Below, in pieces: positions 60,582 through 64,000 of a stretch of DNA of 64,000 bases (position 1 is its first letter; each line of letters opens with the position of its first letter). The notes beneath the pieces are model-generated. The model had not been told where the DNA came from, searched no databases, and saw only the letters and a list, made by a program, of their open reading frames with translations. The stretch spans positions 448,001 through 512,000 of the forward strand of contig CBDHDG010000005.1 in the NCBI GenBank assembly GCA_965261595.1, written 5' to 3'. A program made the position numbers and the translations under genes. This DNA comes from a bacterium (lineage in GTDB: Bacteria > UBA8248 > JACPRG01 > G963555815).

Positions 60582-60620
60582 GGGCGAGTACGGGAGTCAA
60601 CCGACTCTCGCCCCGTCCCT
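60582..60620. repeat. REP-like hairpin, copy 2
   Basis: 25-bp core identical to 20095-20119. Confidence 0.7.
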
Positions 60621-60681
60621 ATATACAAGCGCACTTCAGGAGTTTTCCATGTAGGGGCGGAATCGTTGTGAGATATGCGGG

Positions 60682-61644
60682 TTAAGCGGATGCTTCTTCT
60701 GAGGCGGGGAGGAAGATGTCGAAGGAGGTCCCGACCCGAACGGTGGATTTGACGCTGACGGCGCCGTTGTTTCTGGTCACGATCGAATGGGCGAGGATTA
60801 AATCCAGCCTCCCTCCTTCTTCCTTTGTTTTGGAAGAGAGTTTGAAAAGATTATTCAGTTGGTCTTTGGAGAATCCATCTCCGTGATCCGAGATGGTCAA
60901 CTTTACATAATGTCCCGCGGCCAATGCCATGCCGTCCTCCGGCCGAAGCCGTTTGTTCTCGGCGCGGACATGGATGGCGCCTCCACCGGGCATGGCATCC
61001 CGGGCGTTGACCATAAAGTTGTGAATGACCTGCCGCACCCTTTCTTCATTGATGTCAACGGGTGAAAGGTCTGAAGGGATGGATACGTCGCACCGAATGT
61101 TGGAGCCCACCACCGTAAATTCGGCCATGTCCCGGATTAATTGGGCGATGGACGTCGCCGCCTTGGCGGGCGGCTCGTCTTTGGCGAACGTGAACAATTG
61201 TCGGGTCAATGTCTTGGCAGAAATGAGCGCGGATTCCGCCGCGGTTAATTGTTCGTAGATTTCTTCTTCGCGGTCTACGGCCATCTTGGCCAACCCGAGG
61301 TTTCCCACCGACCGCGATAAGAGATTGTTGAAGTCGTGCCCTATCCCCGCCGCGAGCAGGCTCACCGACTCCAGCTTGCTCCCCGTCGAGGTTTTGTAGA
61401 AGTGATGGGTTTTGAGCAGGGTCTCGTTTTGCTGCGACAGCCAGCCCTTCGCCGCGCCGATATAAACACCGAAGGCCGCGAAAATGGAAGCGCCGGCGAT
61501 GGCCATGCCGACGTAGAAAGAGGAGTAGGCTTGGATTTCGTAAAAAAACCAATCGATGGGTGTTTGCCCGGCGCGATAAAAAACGAACAAGCGGAACAGG
61601 AAGGTTCCTATCGGAACGGTTAATCCCAGGATCATCCCAACCAT
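60682..61644 (-). CDS. Membrane-anchored histidine kinase with degenerate F/G2 boxes
   Basis: Two TM segments, GIGHDFNNLL H-box, NARDAM N-box, DHGDG G1; LFKLSSKTK and GGRLDL replace the F and G2 boxes. Confidence 0.75.
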   Translation of the reverse strand: MVGMILGLTVPIGTFLFRLFVFYRAGQTPIDWFFYEIQAYSSFYVGMAIAGASIFAAFGVYIGAAKGWLSQQNETLLKTHHFYKTSTGSKLESVSLLAAGIGHDFNNLLSRSVGNLGLAKMAVDREEEIYEQLTAAESALISAKTLTRQLFTFAKDEPPAKAATSIAQLIRDMAEFTVVGSNIRCDVSIPSDLSPVDINEERVRQVIHNFMVNARDAMPGGGAIHVRAENKRLRPEDGMALAAGHYVKLTISDHGDGFSKDQLNNLFKLSSKTKEEGGRLDLILAHSIVTRNNGAVSVKSTVRVGTSFDIFLPASEEASA

Positions 61645-61979
61645 CGCAAAAAGAATGCGGCGGGCGGTCAGCGCGGCGGGCGGTCAGCATGGGAAAATGA
61701 ATTCGCGCCGATATCTTCCCCGCCGCCCCCCGATCGGGCGCTTTATCCGGGAAGGTAACTACCCCCTTACAGCACGTATGGTGATCTCGGAGTGTAGGTG
61801 CTATATTGGGGCGTATGAAATGGGCCGCCACAAAGAAGCCGCCGTTACCCGAGAAGCAGAAATACCCATCCTACCAGAATGGACGGTTACGTGACGAGCG
61901 AATTGAGAAGATGCAGGCTGAGGGTGGCGTTTCTGGGAATGTTTTTATGGGATTGATCAGGAGGACAATTAAGGCACAC

Positions 61980-62453
61980 CTAATCCGTAGTGGTGATTCT
62001 TGAAGGGCGGCGTCTCACAAATGAGATTTTCTTTTCCAGCCTTGCCGGACCTGGATTGCCTAGTCTAAGCAGATATGCACCTCCCCTTGCAGCCTTAGAA
62101 AGTTCCAAAACTCTTTCGATGGTCTGAATGATTGCACACGCTTTAACAAACCGATTCTTGTTATGTAACTTACCGCTCATAATGACATGGGTGATCTCGT
62201 AGCGCTCACAAACGCGGGGAAGGCTTTCCCCCTTGCCTTTTTCATTTTCGCCTTTGTCTCCGGATATAACTATCCATGATCCATCCACTATTAGTTGAAC
62301 CCAATCCTCATCCCGCATCCCTTCCATTTTGAAATCTATTATGTGCCGGATCTCGACCTTTGTTTCTTTATTCCATCCAAATAGCATTTTCAAGAGTTTA
62401 CACACAGCTATTGGAACACATTCATCTAAAAGAATCTTTATGTCTTCGCTCAC
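61980..62453 (-). CDS. PIN-domain toxin, VapC45-like
   Basis: ILLDECVP, GMRDEDWV, WIVISGD; overlaps the upstream DUF433 gene. Confidence 0.75.
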   Translation of the reverse strand: MSEDIKILLDECVPIAVCKLLKMLFGWNKETKVEIRHIIDFKMEGMRDEDWVQLIVDGSWIVISGDKGENEKGKGESLPRVCERYEITHVIMSGKLHNKNRFVKACAIIQTIERVLELSKAARGGAYLLRLGNPGPARLEKKISFVRRRPSRITTTD

Positions 62454-62815
62454 GCAGCAACCTTATCCTCATGTCTCGGAAGTAAAGAAACGATATACTT
62501 GCAAGCAATATCTACATCTTCAACTTCGACATCGTAGGCGTCTGCGGCAGCCTCTTTACTTCCCTCAGATTTGCTAGCATCATAAAGGGTTTGAGCCGTA
62601 AAGCCACACGGTTCTACGCATGGCTCCCCAAAATGCCATTTTGGGTTTAGAACTATTCGCTTCAGTGTTCCATTAAATTGCTTTTCCAGCGGGACATAAT
62701 AATCGGCAATTCCCTTGATATTGAAATGAAGATCAATTACATATGGCTCAACGATTTTGGTTATCGCTACTTGGCCTATGCCACCCCCTGAGGCCTGTAC
62801 ATAATCATTATCCAT
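62450..62815 (-). CDS. DUF433 antitoxin, VapB45-like (probably N-terminally truncated)
   Basis: IVLNPKWHFGEPCV...AAADAYDVEVEDVDIACKY. Confidence 0.7.
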   Translation of the reverse strand: MDNDYVQASGGGIGQVAITKIVEPYVIDLHFNIKGIADYYVPLEKQFNGTLKRIVLNPKWHFGEPCVEPCGFTAQTLYDASKSEGSKEAAADAYDVEVEDVDIACKYIVSLLPRHEDKVAA

Positions 62816-62850
62816 ATAAATATACGCAATGATAACTTAGGGGCTTGACA

Positions 62851-62932
62851 ACTTCAAAATCATCGCCCAGATCAGGTTTACTTCAAGATCGTCGCCCAGA
62901 TCAGGTTTACTTCAAGATCGTCGCCCAGATCA
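62851..62932. repeat. 29-bp direct tandem repeat (about 2.8 copies)
   Basis: ACTTCAAGATCGTCGCCCAGATCAGGTTT at 62851 (2 mismatches), 62880, and 62909 (partial). Confidence 0.9.
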
Positions 62933-63139
62933 AACTTGACTCTCCCCTTTAGATCCTGAATTATGTCCTCGGGCATACAGTTCGTGAGCGGCCATCATCC
63001 GGGTCGCCCGCCGAATACAATACCGATCCGCCAGGGTCGGAAACAGGCGGGAGCCCGCCTTCTTTGCGGACTGTATGCCCACCGGCCCGGCTGCGTCTGG
63101 GCTCGGTTCTCATACACCGGAAAGAGGGAGGCATTCACA

Positions 63140-63757
63140 ATGAGAACGATCACGATAGGGCTGACCCTGCTTTTGGGGACGAGTTTAACTGTTTCTCCGG
63201 TATTTGCATCGAACGAATATCGAGATGAATTTCGGGAACATCTTACAAACGTTTGTTTTGGGGTCGCTATCGAAACAATCAAAACAGGAAATATGACTAA
63301 AGAAGATTCTATCAGCTTCCTCGGATCAATAATGCTTTTCGCAGACCCAAAATTCTACAAACAATTGTATCCTCACCTAAAGAAAAGGGCGATGGAAGGG
63401 AGATTAAAACTGTACGAAAGATTTTCCTCTCCTTGCAAGGAAAAGGCTGAACGGTATAAGCTCGGAGAAAAAACGTTCTACTATAAAGAGATATCTAAAT
63501 ATGTAACGAAATCCTGCCTAAACAGAGTTACCACCCTCTTGACTCAGGATGGACTGACCGGGGGGCGGGCTCGAATCGCGGCAAAGAAAGCGATGATAGA
63601 GATTTTTTCCACTACCAACAAGTTTATTTACGCCGCAGTTGTCGGGAAAACTAAGAAAGAGAGAATGCGATTTTACTCCGCAGCGAAAATAGTGTGCACG
63701 GGGGAAGTAAATCGGGGATATGAAAAAGCGAAAAAGATCCTTGAAATTACACCGTAA
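63140..63757 (+). CDS. Secreted hypothetical protein with an apparent internal duplication
   Basis: GGGAGG RBS; signal peptide MRTITIGLTLLLGTSLTVSPVFA; two similar helical halves, each with two Cys. Confidence 0.6.
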   Translation: MRTITIGLTLLLGTSLTVSPVFASNEYRDEFREHLTNVCFGVAIETIKTGNMTKEDSISFLGSIMLFADPKFYKQLYPHLKKRAMEGRLKLYERFSSPCKEKAERYKLGEKTFYYKEISKYVTKSCLNRVTTLLTQDGLTGGRARIAAKKAMIEIFSTTNKFIYAAVVGKTKKERMRFYSAAKIVCTGEVNRGYEKAKKILEITP

Positions 63758-64000
63758 CACCTGTAAATTCTCTCCCAGAAACCAACAACCCCTCCAAAGA
63801 GGCCGGGGAGGGGTCGCGGCATCGCACCTGAAACGGCCTCAAACGAAGAGGTGATAGATGATTTTCTCTTAAAAGTAGAAAGCCCCAAGAGCTGCAGGCT
63901 CGAAGGGCAATCTGGGGGTAGATATAGTCTCAGCACCAATTGAGATGAATTTACTCCCTTCACAAAAAAATGTCAAGACCGAATTTTCTGCGGGTGCGTC

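Noticed and set aside
62851..62932. CRISPR array
   Set aside because: The repeats are contiguous with no spacers, and there are no cas genes.
1..64000. Genome-wide reassignment of UGA to Trp or Gly
   Set aside because: Many genes end at TGA, including ATGA overlaps, and Trp is encoded by TGG. Read-through looks site-specific.
63970..64000. Possible IS terminus (TGTCAAG...) at the window end
   Set aside because: No partner repeat or transposase is visible within the window.

Overview
A GC-rich bacterial chromosomal segment. The taxon cannot be determined from sequence alone, and indels at homopolymer runs suggest a long-read or metagenomic assembly. Much of the window encodes N-heterocycle/amide catabolism: two hydantoinase/oxoprolinase A+B pairs, four xanthine-dehydrogenase-family Mo subunits, two cyclic amidohydrolases, a cytosine-deaminase-like enzyme, SDRs, an Fe-ADH and a MOSC protein. 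Housekeeping genes (recJ, dacB, hisC, trpE with a Trp leader/attenuator) and signalling genes are interspersed. Mobile-element scars include an IS3 inserted cleanly into a DNA methyltransferase, an integrase remnant next to a truncated tenA, a second IS3 at a deletion junction, and an AT-rich end with a vapBC45-like module. The main finding is hidden selenocysteine recoding that the ORF track misses. A cobalamin-independent methionine-synthase-like (Meth_synt_2) gene at 20580-21716 has an in-frame TGA exactly at the Zn-ligand Cys of the HLCRGN motif, followed 11 nt later by a perfect SECIS-like hairpin. A peroxiredoxin at 45700-46272 has TGA at its peroxidatic Cys, with its own SECIS-like hairpin. 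One Mo-hydroxylase also has Cys (AMRCFG) at the position equivalent to the Cu ligand of aerobic CO dehydrogenase.
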